DNA of 64,000 nt from an uncultured Spirochaetales bacterium (GTDB lineage: Bacteria; Spirochaetota; Spirochaetia; SPDA01; CAZSGZ01), in NCBI GenBank assembly GCA_964458315.1, contig CAYWIK010000005.1, positions 4,122-68,121 on the forward strand, in the 5' to 3' direction. The notes beneath the pieces were generated by a model. It saw nothing but the letters and a program-made list of their open reading frames with translations, searched no databases and was not told the DNA's origin. The first letter of the stretch is position 1. Each line of letters begins with the position of its first letter. The position numbers were made by a program, and so were the translations under genes. Below, one piece after another: positions 28,807 to 38,890 of this stretch.

Positions 28807-29494
28807 CCCCCGGCGCCGGGGCGGATTCTGTACGCTGTTCTGCCTCCTGGTCTGCACGTTTCCTGTTTCGGGAGATACCTTTACCTTTTCCGGCGACTCT
28901 ATGAACTCGGTCATTGCAAAGGGGAAAGAACGGACTATTTTAAAGGGAAATGCTTCAATACAATCCGGAAGCACCCACATAAAAGCGGAAACCATTGAAT
29001 TATACGGCGAAGACTCGAGGTTCGCTTTCTGCAGCGGCGATGTAGTGGTCAAGGACCCTGAAAAAGGGATTGTTTTGACTTCCGAGCGCCTTTTTTATGA
29101 TCGGGAAGAGGACAGAAGCAGGGTCGACGGCTATGCTGAAATGGAGGACCAAAAGAACGAGCTGATTGTGAAAGGCGGTTTTTTAGAGCATTTCGGCGAT
29201 CTTGAAATTACTATCATTCAAATCGGGGTCCGAATTCTCAAAGAAGATTTGGCATGCAGGTCGGAGTTTGCCCGGTACCGGCGGGAAGAGGAGATACTGG
29301 AACTTTCCGGCGTCCCTTATGTATACTGGAAAGGCGACGAGTATCGCGCTTCGAGGATCGTCATCAACCTTGATACGGATGAAATTCTTTTAGAGGGAGA
29401 AGTCGAAGGAACGGTGGTTACTGAAGAAAAATCTGAGGAGGAACAGGAGCGTGAAGACGGCACCGGAAACGGTGAAAACGGAACAAATGACTGA
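28799..29494 (+). CDS. lptA: LptA/OstA family protein
   Basis: FTFSGD, TILKGNA, IKAETIEL OstA repeats; synteny. Confidence 0.8.
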   Translation: MSNPRRRGGFCTLFCLLVCTFPVSGDTFTFSGDSMNSVIAKGKERTILKGNASIQSGSTHIKAETIELYGEDSRFAFCSGDVVVKDPEKGIVLTSERLFYDREEDRSRVDGYAEMEDQKNELIVKGGFLEHFGDLEITIIQIGVRILKEDLACRSEFARYRREEEILELSGVPYVYWKGDEYRASRIVINLDTDEILLEGEVEGTVVTEEKSEEEQEREDGTGNGENGTND

Positions 29495-30218
29495 ATCGAC
29501 CCTGCGTGTCGAGGGGCTAAAAAAAGCATTCGGGAAAAAACTTGCTGTTCGGGACGTCTCTTTTTCGATGAACAAAGGAGAGGTTGTCGGGCTTTTAGGT
29601 CCGAACGGCGCGGGAAAAACTACCTGTTTTTTTATGATCGTAGGGTTTATCAAGCCTACGGCAGGCCGTATTTATCTCGACGGAAAGAATATCACCCCTC
29701 TTCCTATGTACAGGCGGGCACTTGAAGGCATTTCCTACCTTCCCCAGGAGGCTTCGGTTTTTCGGAAATTAACGGTGGAACAAAATATTTATGCGGTCCT
29801 GCAGACCAGAAACGATCTGAGGAGACACCAAAAGCGGGAACAGCTCGAGCGTCTATTGTCGGAACTCGGAATTGTAGAAGTTCGCAGACAGAAGGCCTTT
29901 ACCCTCTCGGGTGGCGAGCGCAGACGGACGGAGATCGCGCGGTCTCTGGCAATTCAGCCGAAGTTTCTTCTTTTAGACGAGCCTTTTGCCGGAATCGATC
30001 CGATTACGGTTGATGAAATTAAAAAGATTATCAAAAATCTTTCAGCAAAAGGTATCGGTATTCTTATCACCGACCATAATGTCCGGGACACGCTGGAAAT
30101 TACCAACCGTTCTTATATTATCAACAACGGAGATATTCTGGTAAGCGGAACAAGGGACGAACTCCTCGGCAATGAAGTGGCGCGGAAGATATATCTAGGA
30201 CAAGAATTCCGCATGTAG
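29487..30218 (+). CDS. lptB: LptB ABC ATPase
   Basis: GPNGAGKTT, YLPQEASVFRKL, LSGGERRRTEIAR, DEPFAGIDP, TDHNVRDTL. Confidence 0.95.
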   Translation: MTESTLRVEGLKKAFGKKLAVRDVSFSMNKGEVVGLLGPNGAGKTTCFFMIVGFIKPTAGRIYLDGKNITPLPMYRRALEGISYLPQEASVFRKLTVEQNIYAVLQTRNDLRRHQKREQLERLLSELGIVEVRRQKAFTLSGGERRRTEIARSLAIQPKFLLLDEPFAGIDPITVDEIKKIIKNLSAKGIGILITDHNVRDTLEITNRSYIINNGDILVSGTRDELLGNEVARKIYLGQEFRM

Positions 30219-30225
30219 CGGTCAA

Positions 30226-30254
30226 TTGACAAATTGTTCCCCCTGCCTCATTAT
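30226..30254 (+). promoter_or_regulatory. Probable sigma70 promoter of rpoN (TTGACA-N17-CATTAT)
   Basis: Read directly; GGAG SD before GTG 30273. Confidence 0.55.
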
Positions 30255-30272
30255 TAATGATTGGAGCGCATT

Positions 30273-31646
30273 GTGCAGTACCAAAAGCCGCAAATGGCAC
30301 AGCAGCAGAAACTCAAAATGAATCCCCAGCTCTATCAGTCGATAAAACTGATGGCCCTCCCGGTGCAGGAGCTGAAGTTTCGGATCCACGAAGAACTGCA
30401 AAACAATCCTGCTTTAGAAATTATCGAAGAGAAAACCGAGACTTCTCTGGAAGCGGAAACCGAAGAAAGGGGGGAGGAGTATGAATATTTCGACAACACC
30501 TCGGACCCGGGCTATACCGGATCTTTCGATGACGAGGCGAGTGACGCGAAGCGTAAGTTTATGGAAAATGCCCTCTCCCGTCCGGAGAACCTTCACGAGC
30601 ACTTGATGTGGCAGCTTCGGCTTCAGCCGATCAGTGAACGGGAGTTCGAGATCGGGCGCCTGCTGATACACAATCTCGACGATAACGGGTTTCATATCGA
30701 GGAACCGGAGAACCTCATTCCGCCCGCGGAGAAAAAAATCCTAGATGATATGATCGAGCGAATTCAAGGATTCGAACCGGTCGGTGTGTGTACCGCGGAT
30801 TATAAGGAATCGCTTATTGTACAGGCTGAGTATGCGCCGACTGCTCCGGAAAGAACGGTCGAACTTATAAAAAACCATCTCCAACACCTCGAGAAGGGAA
30901 GAATCGACAAGGTGGCGAAAGAGATGGAGATGGAAGAGGAGGAAGTGGAAGAAATCCTCGAGTTTATTCGGACGCTCAATCCGCTGCCCGGGACCCAGTT
31001 TTCCGCGGAAACCGCGCGTTATGTAATCCCGGATGTTCTTGTACGAATAAGAGACGGGGAATTTGTCCTCGTTTTAAATGACGAGGAGATACCGGTTTTA
31101 GGGATTAATTCATTTTTTACCCATCTCCACGATGACGAAAATACCGCGGGCAAGAAAGATGTAAAACGGTACGTAAACGATAAGATCAAGGACGCGAAGT
31201 GGTTTATTCGGAGCATTCATCAGAGAAACGAAACGCTTATTAAAATTTCGAAGGCAATTGTCGAATTTCAGCGGGATTTTTTCCTGCGCGGCCCGAAATA
31301 TCTCGTCCCTCTTACTCTCAAAGACGTTGCTGATGAGGTCGGTGTCCATGAAACCACCGTATCGAGAATTGCCAACGCAAAATATATCCAGACTGAATGG
31401 GGGACTTTTGAAATCAAATATTTTTTTTCCAACTCCATTTCCGGCGCTGGATCTAAGGGTTCTCGTTTCTCGAAAGAGGGGGTTAAGGCGATGATCAAGG
31501 AGCTTATAGAAGAGCATTCCTCGGAAAAGAAATTATCGGACCAAAAGATTGCCGATGAACTAAAGAAAAAAGGAGTGCAGATCGCCCGAAGGACCGTTGC
31601 TAAATATAGAGGCGAGTTGGACATTATGTCGTCCTACGACAGATAA
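30273..31646 (+). CDS. rpoN: RNA polymerase sigma-54 factor
   Basis: Gln-rich region I, VGVHETTVSR HTH, RpoN box ARRTVAKYR. Confidence 0.97.
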   Translation: MQYQKPQMAQQQKLKMNPQLYQSIKLMALPVQELKFRIHEELQNNPALEIIEEKTETSLEAETEERGEEYEYFDNTSDPGYTGSFDDEASDAKRKFMENALSRPENLHEHLMWQLRLQPISEREFEIGRLLIHNLDDNGFHIEEPENLIPPAEKKILDDMIERIQGFEPVGVCTADYKESLIVQAEYAPTAPERTVELIKNHLQHLEKGRIDKVAKEMEMEEEEVEEILEFIRTLNPLPGTQFSAETARYVIPDVLVRIRDGEFVLVLNDEEIPVLGINSFFTHLHDDENTAGKKDVKRYVNDKIKDAKWFIRSIHQRNETLIKISKAIVEFQRDFFLRGPKYLVPLTLKDVADEVGVHETTVSRIANAKYIQTEWGTFEIKYFFSNSISGAGSKGSRFSKEGVKAMIKELIEEHSSEKKLSDQKIADELKKKGVQIARRTVAKYRGELDIMSSYDR

Positions 31647-31663
31647 AATATGCGGGAGGTTTT

Positions 31664-31960
31664 ATGAACGTCGAAATCAAGGCTGTCCATTTTTCGATTG
31701 GGGATGATACTAAAGAGTATATCCATAAAAAGCTGCATCGAATCGATTTTGCAAAAGATTTGATTGTAGATTTACTGTTTACATTAACCAAGGAAAAGCG
31801 GGATTTCAGAGCAGAGGTAAATATCCATTTTAAATGGAATGTTACGAGTCATATAAAGGTCAAGGCTTTCGACCTTATCGAGGGTATTGATTTGCTCATG
31901 GATAAAATGGAACGGAAAGTGCGCAAGGAAAAGGAAAAGGTCCAGGACCATTCGGCATGA
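31664..31960 (+). CDS. hpf: Ribosome hibernation promoting factor (short HPF)
   Basis: S30AE-like fold pattern, IDLLMDKMERKVRKEKEK; follows rpoN. Confidence 0.88.
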   Translation: MNVEIKAVHFSIGDDTKEYIHKKLHRIDFAKDLIVDLLFTLTKEKRDFRAEVNIHFKWNVTSHIKVKAFDLIEGIDLLMDKMERKVRKEKEKVQDHSA

Positions 31961-32940
31961 AAAAGTTTACCGTATTAGATCTTTTGGACCTGGATTTAAA
32001 AGACCACAACGCCCTCTATCTAAAATGTATCGGCGGACGGCCCGGACTGGTCCGTGAAATTACCGTACCCGATTTGAACCGGCCGGGACTTGCCCTCGGC
32101 GGTTTCTTTGATAATTTTGCATACCAGCGTATCCAGCTTTTCGGCAGAGGGGAGCAGGCCTATCTCCTGAAACTCGAAAGAGAACAGGAATCCCAGCCCC
32201 TTATCGAGATGTTCAAATACGAATTCCCGTGCTGCATTTTCAGCCACGGCCTTTTTCCGAGCGAAGCGTTTATGCGCCTTGCGGAAGAGTCGCAGTGTCC
32301 GGTCCTGCAGACGAAACTCTCTTCTTCCGATTTGGCCGTGCGGCTTATGTGGGCCCTCAATAATGTGTTTGCCCCGAAAAAAACGATCCACGGAGTATTA
32401 GTGGAGGTATTCGGTATCGGCGTTCTCATTAAGGGAGACAGCGGTGTCGGAAAGAGTGAAACCGCTCTTGAGCTTATCGAGCGCGGCCACCGCCTTATTG
32501 CGGACGATGCGGTTGAGATGAAATGTGTGAGCGGTAATATTCTTACCGGAACCGGCGCGAATAAGGCCATCGGCCATCACATGGAAATCCGGGGGCTGGG
32601 AATCATCAATATAACCCATCTGTTCGGGGTGGGGGCCATTCGGGACAAAAAGCAGATCCAGCTCGTAGTCGAACTCGAGGAATGGGACGCGGACAAAGAA
32701 TATGACCGGCTGGGAGCTTCGAACAATACGGAGGAACTGTTAGGCGTCCATATTCCCTATTTGATGATCCCGGTAAAACCGGGTAGAAATATCCCGATTA
32801 TTATAGAAACCGCGGCAATGAATGAGAGGCTTAAAAAGATGGGTTTTTACAGCGCGAAAGAGTTTAATCAAAATATTTTAAAGTGGCTCGAGAGCGAGAA
32901 CGCGAGGAACCTTTATTTCAAAAAGAAATCGGTTTTTTAA
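31957..32940 (+). CDS. hprK: HPr kinase/phosphorylase
   Basis: NRPGLAL, HGVLVEV, GDSGVGKSE, ADDAV, MEIRGLG, PVKPGRN. Confidence 0.97.
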   Translation: MKKFTVLDLLDLDLKDHNALYLKCIGGRPGLVREITVPDLNRPGLALGGFFDNFAYQRIQLFGRGEQAYLLKLEREQESQPLIEMFKYEFPCCIFSHGLFPSEAFMRLAEESQCPVLQTKLSSSDLAVRLMWALNNVFAPKKTIHGVLVEVFGIGVLIKGDSGVGKSETALELIERGHRLIADDAVEMKCVSGNILTGTGANKAIGHHMEIRGLGIINITHLFGVGAIRDKKQIQLVVELEEWDADKEYDRLGASNNTEELLGVHIPYLMIPVKPGRNIPIIIETAAMNERLKKMGFYSAKEFNQNILKWLESENARNLYFKKKSVF

Positions 32941-32948
32941 GGAAAAAA

Positions 32949-33215
32949 ATGGAAGAGCGGGAAGTTACGATTAAAAACCGGGCCGGTATACACGCGCGCC
33001 CGGCCGCACTTATCGTGCAGACGGCGAATAAGTATGACGCGCAGATCTCCTTTGAAAAAGATGACGATAGGGTGAATGGGAAATCAATCATGGGAATCAT
33101 TACCCTCGGAGCAGGGTACAATACAAAACTGAAAGTCATTGCCGAGGGTGATGATGAGAAACAGGCAGTGGACGCGATTGCCGCACTGTTCGAAAAAAGG
33201 TTTGAGGAAGATTAG
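32949..33215 (+). CDS. ptsH: Phosphocarrier protein HPr
   Basis: GIHARPA (His15) and VNGKSIMG (Ser46). Confidence 0.96.
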   Translation: MEEREVTIKNRAGIHARPAALIVQTANKYDAQISFEKDDDRVNGKSIMGIITLGAGYNTKLKVIAEGDDEKQAVDAIAALFEKRFEED

Positions 33216-33780
33216 TCGATTATTCAGATATCTGTTTTTCATTTCTCTTTTTTTTCTTTGCCCGCTTTTTTCAATAGAAGCAGGTCTGCATGTTGATGTT
33301 TTATGCGATGAAGAAACCATTACCCTGGATATTCGTCTGCACGACATGCCGACCGAAGAAATCTTGAAAAGCTTTGAAAAAGGCTATCGCGGGGAAATCA
33401 ATTTTAATATCAAATTATATCGCAAAACCGAAGGGCTTTTTTCCTTTCTTGGAGACCGGCTCGTACAAGAAGTGAATTTAACCCGGGAAGCGGGCTGGGA
33501 CATGTTCGATCGAGTATTCTATTTTACGGAAGAATCCGGGGGAAGACATGCTTTTAAAGAGAAACAAATTTTTTTTTCAAAACTGTTTTCCGTACATAAT
33601 CTGCGTCTTTCAGTAGAGTTCGATGACGATCGAAGTTATTATCTCCTTGTCAATGGACAGATCAATCCGGTAAAGCTGACCGCACCGATATCCATCATCC
33701 AGCTTGTTCGCCCGGAAGGAAGATATACTACACCCTGGAAGCGGGTCCCGGTCAGCCCCGATGAAGAGGACGGCAGATGA
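33202..33780 (+). CDS. DUF4390-like exported protein (start uncertain)
   Basis: Hydrophobic signal, domain resembling DUF4390, usual position before an ntrY-like kinase. Confidence 0.6.
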   Translation: MRKISRLFRYLFFISLFFLCPLFSIEAGLHVDVLCDEETITLDIRLHDMPTEEILKSFEKGYRGEINFNIKLYRKTEGLFSFLGDRLVQEVNLTREAGWDMFDRVFYFTEESGGRHAFKEKQIFFSKLFSVHNLRLSVEFDDDRSYYLLVNGQINPVKLTAPISIIQLVRPEGRYTTPWKRVPVSPDEEDGR

Positions 33781-35531
33781 AGCTGTTCCGAGGCACCGCT
33801 TCCTCCACGGCGGGGATATTAAGTGTTGTATTTATCTATATCATCCTCATCCTCATGGTACTCCTTTTTTCGAGCCAAATCCTTAAGGACGTGACGGAAG
33901 AAGGAAGACTTTCCAATTCCATCATCATACCTATCGGGATCCTTCTTCCCCTCGCCCTGCTCGGGATCATTGTTTTCAACATTATCCGCCTTGCCCGGGA
34001 TAAACGGGCGAATAAACCGGGAGTCCGATTTAAAATTCGTCTCATTCTGTTTTTTACCTTCATTTCTCTTCTATCGTCGATCCCCCAGGGGATCCTTTCG
34101 ATCAGTTTTTTAGATACCACCCTCAATTCCTGGTTCAGCGCCCGGCTCGGCCGGGCCCTCGAAGGAGGCGTCCATATCGCTTTGACCCATTATAATGAGC
34201 GGGTGGAGAGTCTGCAGGATTTTTCCTCGAGCAGGGTTTTTCACTCCCTCATGCAGGACATTGAGTACAGACCGGAACGGGTGTGGGAAAACATTCGTTC
34301 CGTAAACCGGATGGTCGAATCATTTCAAGTTTTTAAAAACGAAGAGAGCCTCTTTTTCTTTGGAGACGGAAGGGGAGAAATTGAAGCGTACAGTTCTTCC
34401 CTCGTTCGGGAGGGATCGGTTATAAAAGATACCACCGAAGAAATATCCGCGCTTCGGGTTTTCCGAAACGTGAAGGCCGGCGGAGCGGAATATCAGGTCG
34501 TATTAAGCTCATTCCTTCCCGATAATTTCGATCTCGAGGCCGGAAACCTTACAAAGTCCTTAGAAGTATTCAGACAGCTCGAAGAATATAATACAATTTT
34601 TCGGCTGGTACTGATTCTTTTCTACTCCTTTTTCTCGGTCCCGATCCTCCTTCTTTCGATCCTTGTTAGTTTTATCTTAAGCGATGAGATTATCCGCCCC
34701 ATCGTGCATCTCGAAGAGGCGACGAGAAAAGTCGCTGAGGGTGATTTCTCTGTCCGGATACTCTCCCGCAGCCGGGATGAACTTGCGGTTTTGACCCAAT
34801 CGTTTAATACGATGGTTTCGGAAATGGAACATTCCCGAAGACAGCTGCTGCAGGCTGAAAAAGTGACCGCCTGGCAGGAAATAGCCCAGCGAATGGCCCA
34901 CGAAATTAAAAATCCTTTAACACCGATAAAACTCTCGGCCCAGAGAATTTTGAAGAAATACAGCCGCGACCCTTCGGGGTTCGAAGGGATTCTCGAACCG
35001 GCGGTGGAATCGATCGTACGGGAAGTAGACAATCTCAACGATCTTCTGAGGGAGTTCCGTGATTTTGCCCGTCTGCCGGCGCCCCGGACGGAAATCGTCC
35101 CGTTAAAAGATTTAATCGAAGAAACCATAGCTTCCTTTCAGGCTTCCTATCCGGGGGTGGGCTTTTTTCAGCATGTCGGAGAAGACATTACCATACGGGC
35201 GGACCGGGGACAAATTGGAAGGATATTTCAGAATTTGATAAAAAATGCAATTGACGCAATGGGCGAAAGGGGCGAAATAACTTTGTACGCTTCACTTGTA
35301 ACGAAAGGAAATATACATTATTCTAGAGTACAGATTCAGGATACCGGTCCGGGAATCAAAGAGCAGGATCGGGAAAAGATTTTCCATCCTTATTTTACTA
35401 CAAAAGATCACGGAACCGGTCTGGGGCTTGCGATTGTAGAGCGTATTATATTCGATCACAAGGGAAGTATCTGGTTCGATACGGAACCGGATATTGGCAC
35501 CACCTTCTATATTGATTTGCCTTCGGAGTAG
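33777..35531 (+). CDS. NtrY-like membrane sensor histidine kinase (HAMP-HisKA-HATPase)
   Basis: AWQEIAQRMAHEIKNPLTPIKLSAQR, QNLIKNAIDA, DTGPG, GTGLGLAI. Confidence 0.93.
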   Translation: MKLFRGTASSTAGILSVVFIYIILILMVLLFSSQILKDVTEEGRLSNSIIIPIGILLPLALLGIIVFNIIRLARDKRANKPGVRFKIRLILFFTFISLLSSIPQGILSISFLDTTLNSWFSARLGRALEGGVHIALTHYNERVESLQDFSSSRVFHSLMQDIEYRPERVWENIRSVNRMVESFQVFKNEESLFFFGDGRGEIEAYSSSLVREGSVIKDTTEEISALRVFRNVKAGGAEYQVVLSSFLPDNFDLEAGNLTKSLEVFRQLEEYNTIFRLVLILFYSFFSVPILLLSILVSFILSDEIIRPIVHLEEATRKVAEGDFSVRILSRSRDELAVLTQSFNTMVSEMEHSRRQLLQAEKVTAWQEIAQRMAHEIKNPLTPIKLSAQRILKKYSRDPSGFEGILEPAVESIVREVDNLNDLLREFRDFARLPAPRTEIVPLKDLIEETIASFQASYPGVGFFQHVGEDITIRADRGQIGRIFQNLIKNAIDAMGERGEITLYASLVTKGNIHYSRVQIQDTGPGIKEQDREKIFHPYFTTKDHGTGLGLAIVERIIFDHKGSIWFDTEPDIGTTFYIDLPSE

Positions 35532-35536
35532 TTGTC

Positions 35537-36904
35537 ATGAGCTGCATTCTTGTCATTGATGACGAGCCCGCCATATGCGAAGTGCTTTCCGGAATTCTCG
35601 AAGACGAAGAGTATGAAGTCGTTACTGCCGGCGACGGTATTCAGGGCCTTCGGATCATGGAGCAGGAAGATATCGACCTGGTCATTCTCGATGTGTGGCT
35701 CCCCGGCATGGGGGGGATGGACGTGCTTCGGGAGATACGGGAGAAAAATCCCGGTATCGAGGTTATCATTATTTCCGGCCATGGAAGTATCGATATGGCG
35801 GTCCGGGCTTTAAAGCTCGGTGCATTTGATTTTCTTGAAAAGCCCCTCTCTCTCGACCGGGTGACCACGCTGGTGCGGAACGCCCTCATGGTTGAAGACC
35901 TTAAAAGAGAGAATAAAGAACTTAAGGATTCCATCTTTATGGAAGACGAGATGATCGGTGAAAGTGAAGGGATGAAAAAAGTGAGGCAGTTGATAGACCA
36001 AAGCGCTGCAACCGATTCAACGATCCTTATCACGGGAGAGAACGGGACCGGGAAAGAATTAGTTGCCCGCATGATTCATAAAAAAAGCCGTCGTTCCGGA
36101 GGACCCTTTGTTGAAGTAAACTGTGCTGCCATTCCGGATACCTTGATCGAGAGCGAACTGTTCGGTCATGAAAAAGGGGCTTTTACCAGTGCCGCCTCTA
36201 GAAGGAAGGGAAAGTTCGAGATGGCGGACCGAGGGACGATATTCCTTGACGAGGTTGCCGATATGTCCCCGAATGCCCAGGCGAAGGTCCTGCGGGTCAT
36301 TCAGGAAAAAAAATTTGAACGAATCGGGGCCGAACAGTCCATCGAAGTCGAGCTCCGGCTTATAGCGGCGACGAATAAAAATATAAAAAAAGAAATCGAA
36401 CAGAAACGGTTTCGTGAAGACCTCTACTTCAGGCTCAACGTTATTCCGATTCATGTTCCCCCGCTGCGGGAGCGGCGCGAGGACATTCCCGTCCTTGTCG
36501 ATTATTTTTTAGAAAAATTCAGCGCTCCGAAGCTTAAAGAGGGCCCGAAACGGATCGACAATAGGGGGATGAAGGTACTTAGGGAATACGAGTGGCCCGG
36601 AAACATTCGGGAATTGAAAAATTTCATAGAACGTATTACCATTATGAGTGACGAGCGGTTGATTTCCGCGGATACGGTCCGAAAGTATCTCGGGGATAAA
36701 CTCAAAACAGAAGGAGGGGATGAGTTACAAGATTTTTCCGGCATGAAATTAAACGATGCTAAGGACCTTTTTGAAAAAAAGCTTCTAACCAAGAAGCTGG
36801 CGGAAAATGAGTACGTCATATCAAAAACTGCCGAGGTCTTAGGCATATATCCGAGCAACCTCCACGGAAAGATCAAAAAGCTGGGAATCAAGATTCAAAA
36901 ATGA
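35537..36904 (+). CDS. NtrX-like sigma-54-dependent response regulator
   Basis: Receiver DVWLP, GENGTGKE, ELFGHEKGAFT (GAFT), DEVAD, WPGNIREL, C-terminal HTH. Confidence 0.94.
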   Translation: MSCILVIDDEPAICEVLSGILEDEEYEVVTAGDGIQGLRIMEQEDIDLVILDVWLPGMGGMDVLREIREKNPGIEVIIISGHGSIDMAVRALKLGAFDFLEKPLSLDRVTTLVRNALMVEDLKRENKELKDSIFMEDEMIGESEGMKKVRQLIDQSAATDSTILITGENGTGKELVARMIHKKSRRSGGPFVEVNCAAIPDTLIESELFGHEKGAFTSAASRRKGKFEMADRGTIFLDEVADMSPNAQAKVLRVIQEKKFERIGAEQSIEVELRLIAATNKNIKKEIEQKRFREDLYFRLNVIPIHVPPLRERREDIPVLVDYFLEKFSAPKLKEGPKRIDNRGMKVLREYEWPGNIRELKNFIERITIMSDERLISADTVRKYLGDKLKTEGGDELQDFSGMKLNDAKDLFEKKLLTKKLAENEYVISKTAEVLGIYPSNLHGKIKKLGIKIQK

Positions 36905-37503
36905 AAGCCCTAACGAAACGACAAGAACAGGTCCTCACTTTTTTAAAAGAGTTTATCGAAATGCACAAATATCCGCCGACAATCCGTGAAATTGCAGGGA
37001 ATTTCAATATTTCGGTGAAGGGCGCCTACGATCATGTCAAAGCCCTCGAACGGAAGAACATTATCCGTTGTGATATAAACCGCTCCAGGGCGATCGAAAT
37101 CGTCGGGCAGGCGGAAGAGGACGAACTTGTAACGGTCCCGATCCTCGGGAATGTGGCCGCGGGGGCCCCCCTTTTTGCCGAGGAGAATTTTGACGGCGAC
37201 GTCCGCCTGCCGGTATCGATGCTTGGAAAGGGCAGGCATTTCGCCCTTCGGGTCAAAGGGGACAGCATGCAGGAAGCGGGCGTCCTCGATGGAGATATTG
37301 CGGTATTCGTTCAGCAGAATGTCGCGGATAATGGGTCAATCGTCGTGGCAATGGTAAACGAAGCGGTCACGCTGAAACGTTTTTTCAAGGAGAAGAATCG
37401 GGTAAAACTCAAGGCGGAAAATCCGGTCTATCCCCCGATCTATACGCAGAATATACAAATTCTGGGAAAACTGATTTTTATATTTCGAAATTATGAAGAT
37501 TGA
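36901..37503 (+). CDS. lexA: SOS repressor LexA
   Basis: LTKRQ, YPPTIREI, VAAG cleavage site, GDSM (Ser), TLKRF (Lys). Confidence 0.95.
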   Translation: MKALTKRQEQVLTFLKEFIEMHKYPPTIREIAGNFNISVKGAYDHVKALERKNIIRCDINRSRAIEIVGQAEEDELVTVPILGNVAAGAPLFAEENFDGDVRLPVSMLGKGRHFALRVKGDSMQEAGVLDGDIAVFVQQNVADNGSIVVAMVNEAVTLKRFFKEKNRVKLKAENPVYPPIYTQNIQILGKLIFIFRNYED

Positions 37504-38485
37504 ACCTGCCTATTTACTTCTAGGCCCTGAAAACGGTGAAAAAGCGGCCTTTATCAAGCAGCTGAAAAACAATTTAAGACAAGCCGCGGGAGAACTGGAA
37601 GAGTACAGGTTTTATCCGTTTGAAACCGAAATAAACGAGGTTATCGGACTCCTCCAAAACGGTTCTCTCTTTTCGGACCATAAAGTCGTTACCCTCTATC
37701 AAGTCGAAACACTGACGAAAAAGCAGGACATTGAACCGATCGTATCGTATCTCCAAAACCCCGCGGAATCGGCAACGCTTCTCCTTGTAAGCGATGAGGT
37801 TCCGGTAGACAAACGGCTTCGGAGCGCCGTAACGAAAAATAGTACCAAGATTTTTTGGGAGATGTTTGAAAACAGGAAAAAAGAATGGATTCAACAATAC
37901 TTCCAGAAAAATAAAATCGAAATCGAAGGACAGGCAGTTGAATTGATTCTCGAACTGGTGGAAAACAATACCCTCGAGTTGAAGCGGGAATGCAATCGTC
38001 TCGTGCTGTTTTTCAATGACCGGGAACGATTGACTGCCCAAGATGTAGAAGATTTTATCTACCACAGCAAGGAAGAAAACGTGTTTTCCCTGTTCGAGAA
38101 GATTGCACGCAAAGAACTGTCCGCAGCCCTCGAAGCTTCGGAGAAAATTCTCCTTTCAGGAGAGTCTGACGGGGTACAGCTGGCTGCGGGTTTGATCTGG
38201 CAGTTTAAAAAGCTTCTTGGAATTACATTGCTTACGAAGAGAAAATTTGGGTTTGAAGAAGCGTGCAAACAGGAAAAAATCCGGAGCAAGCGTATTCAGC
38301 GGACCTACCAGCAGGGAATACAGAACTATTCGGCGGTGAGTCTCGAGAGGATCATCAGCCTGCTTGCCTATTTCGATTTTTTTCTCCGGGCTTCCCGTAC
38401 CGAAATTCAGCGTCTGCTGGTTTCCCTCATGGTTTTCTATTGCGTCAGGAAAGAGGGAGTATTCCCGCGGGATGAGGCGGTGTAA
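37493..38485 (+). CDS. holA: DNA polymerase III delta subunit
   Basis: YLLLGPE, SLFSDHKVV, ELKRECNRL, NVFSL. Confidence 0.85.
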   Translation: MKIEPAYLLLGPENGEKAAFIKQLKNNLRQAAGELEEYRFYPFETEINEVIGLLQNGSLFSDHKVVTLYQVETLTKKQDIEPIVSYLQNPAESATLLLVSDEVPVDKRLRSAVTKNSTKIFWEMFENRKKEWIQQYFQKNKIEIEGQAVELILELVENNTLELKRECNRLVLFFNDRERLTAQDVEDFIYHSKEENVFSLFEKIARKELSAALEASEKILLSGESDGVQLAAGLIWQFKKLLGITLLTKRKFGFEEACKQEKIRSKRIQRTYQQGIQNYSAVSLERIISLLAYFDFFLRASRTEIQRLLVSLMVFYCVRKEGVFPRDEAV

Positions 38486-38492
38486 GCGGCCG

Positions 38493-38855
38493 TTATTCTT
38501 CCCGGTGGACCGTTTCCGGTGAAAAAGCGGGTAAGCACACGGATATGTACTCCGCTCCTTCCGGCCCCGGCGAGCCGTACCGTACCCATTCGCCGGCGGG
38601 CACAAAAACCGCCGTTCCTGCTCCAACTTCATAGGTTTTTTCTTTCGTCTCCACCGTAAGCGTTCCCTTGAGGACTACCGTGTATTCGCCGAAATCGGGC
38701 TGCTGGGCCGGTTCCGACCATCCGGGAGGACTTTTCATCCGGGCAATGCTCACTTCGGATGTGCCGGTGTTGACCCTTCCTACATATTCTTCGATGCGTT
38801 TCGGTTTCGTGCCTGCTGCTTTTACAATCGACGGCCCTGAAATTATTTGAATCAT
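38493..38855 (-). CDS. Cupin domain protein
   Basis: PGWSEPAQQPDFGEYTVVLKG, GEWVRY, YISVCLPAFSP. Confidence 0.9.
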   Translation of the reverse strand: MIQIISGPSIVKAAGTKPKRIEEYVGRVNTGTSEVSIARMKSPPGWSEPAQQPDFGEYTVVLKGTLTVETKEKTYEVGAGTAVFVPAGEWVRYGSPGPEGAEYISVCLPAFSPETVHREE

Positions 38856-38861
38856 GGAAGT

Positions 38862-38890
38862 ACTTTACGCTTTTTCCTTTTCCGGATCAA
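38862..38890 (-). promoter_or_regulatory. sigma70 promoter (TTGATC-N17-TAAAGT), 6 nt before the cupin ATG
   Basis: Read directly; overlaps the end of the upstream gene. Confidence 0.65.
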
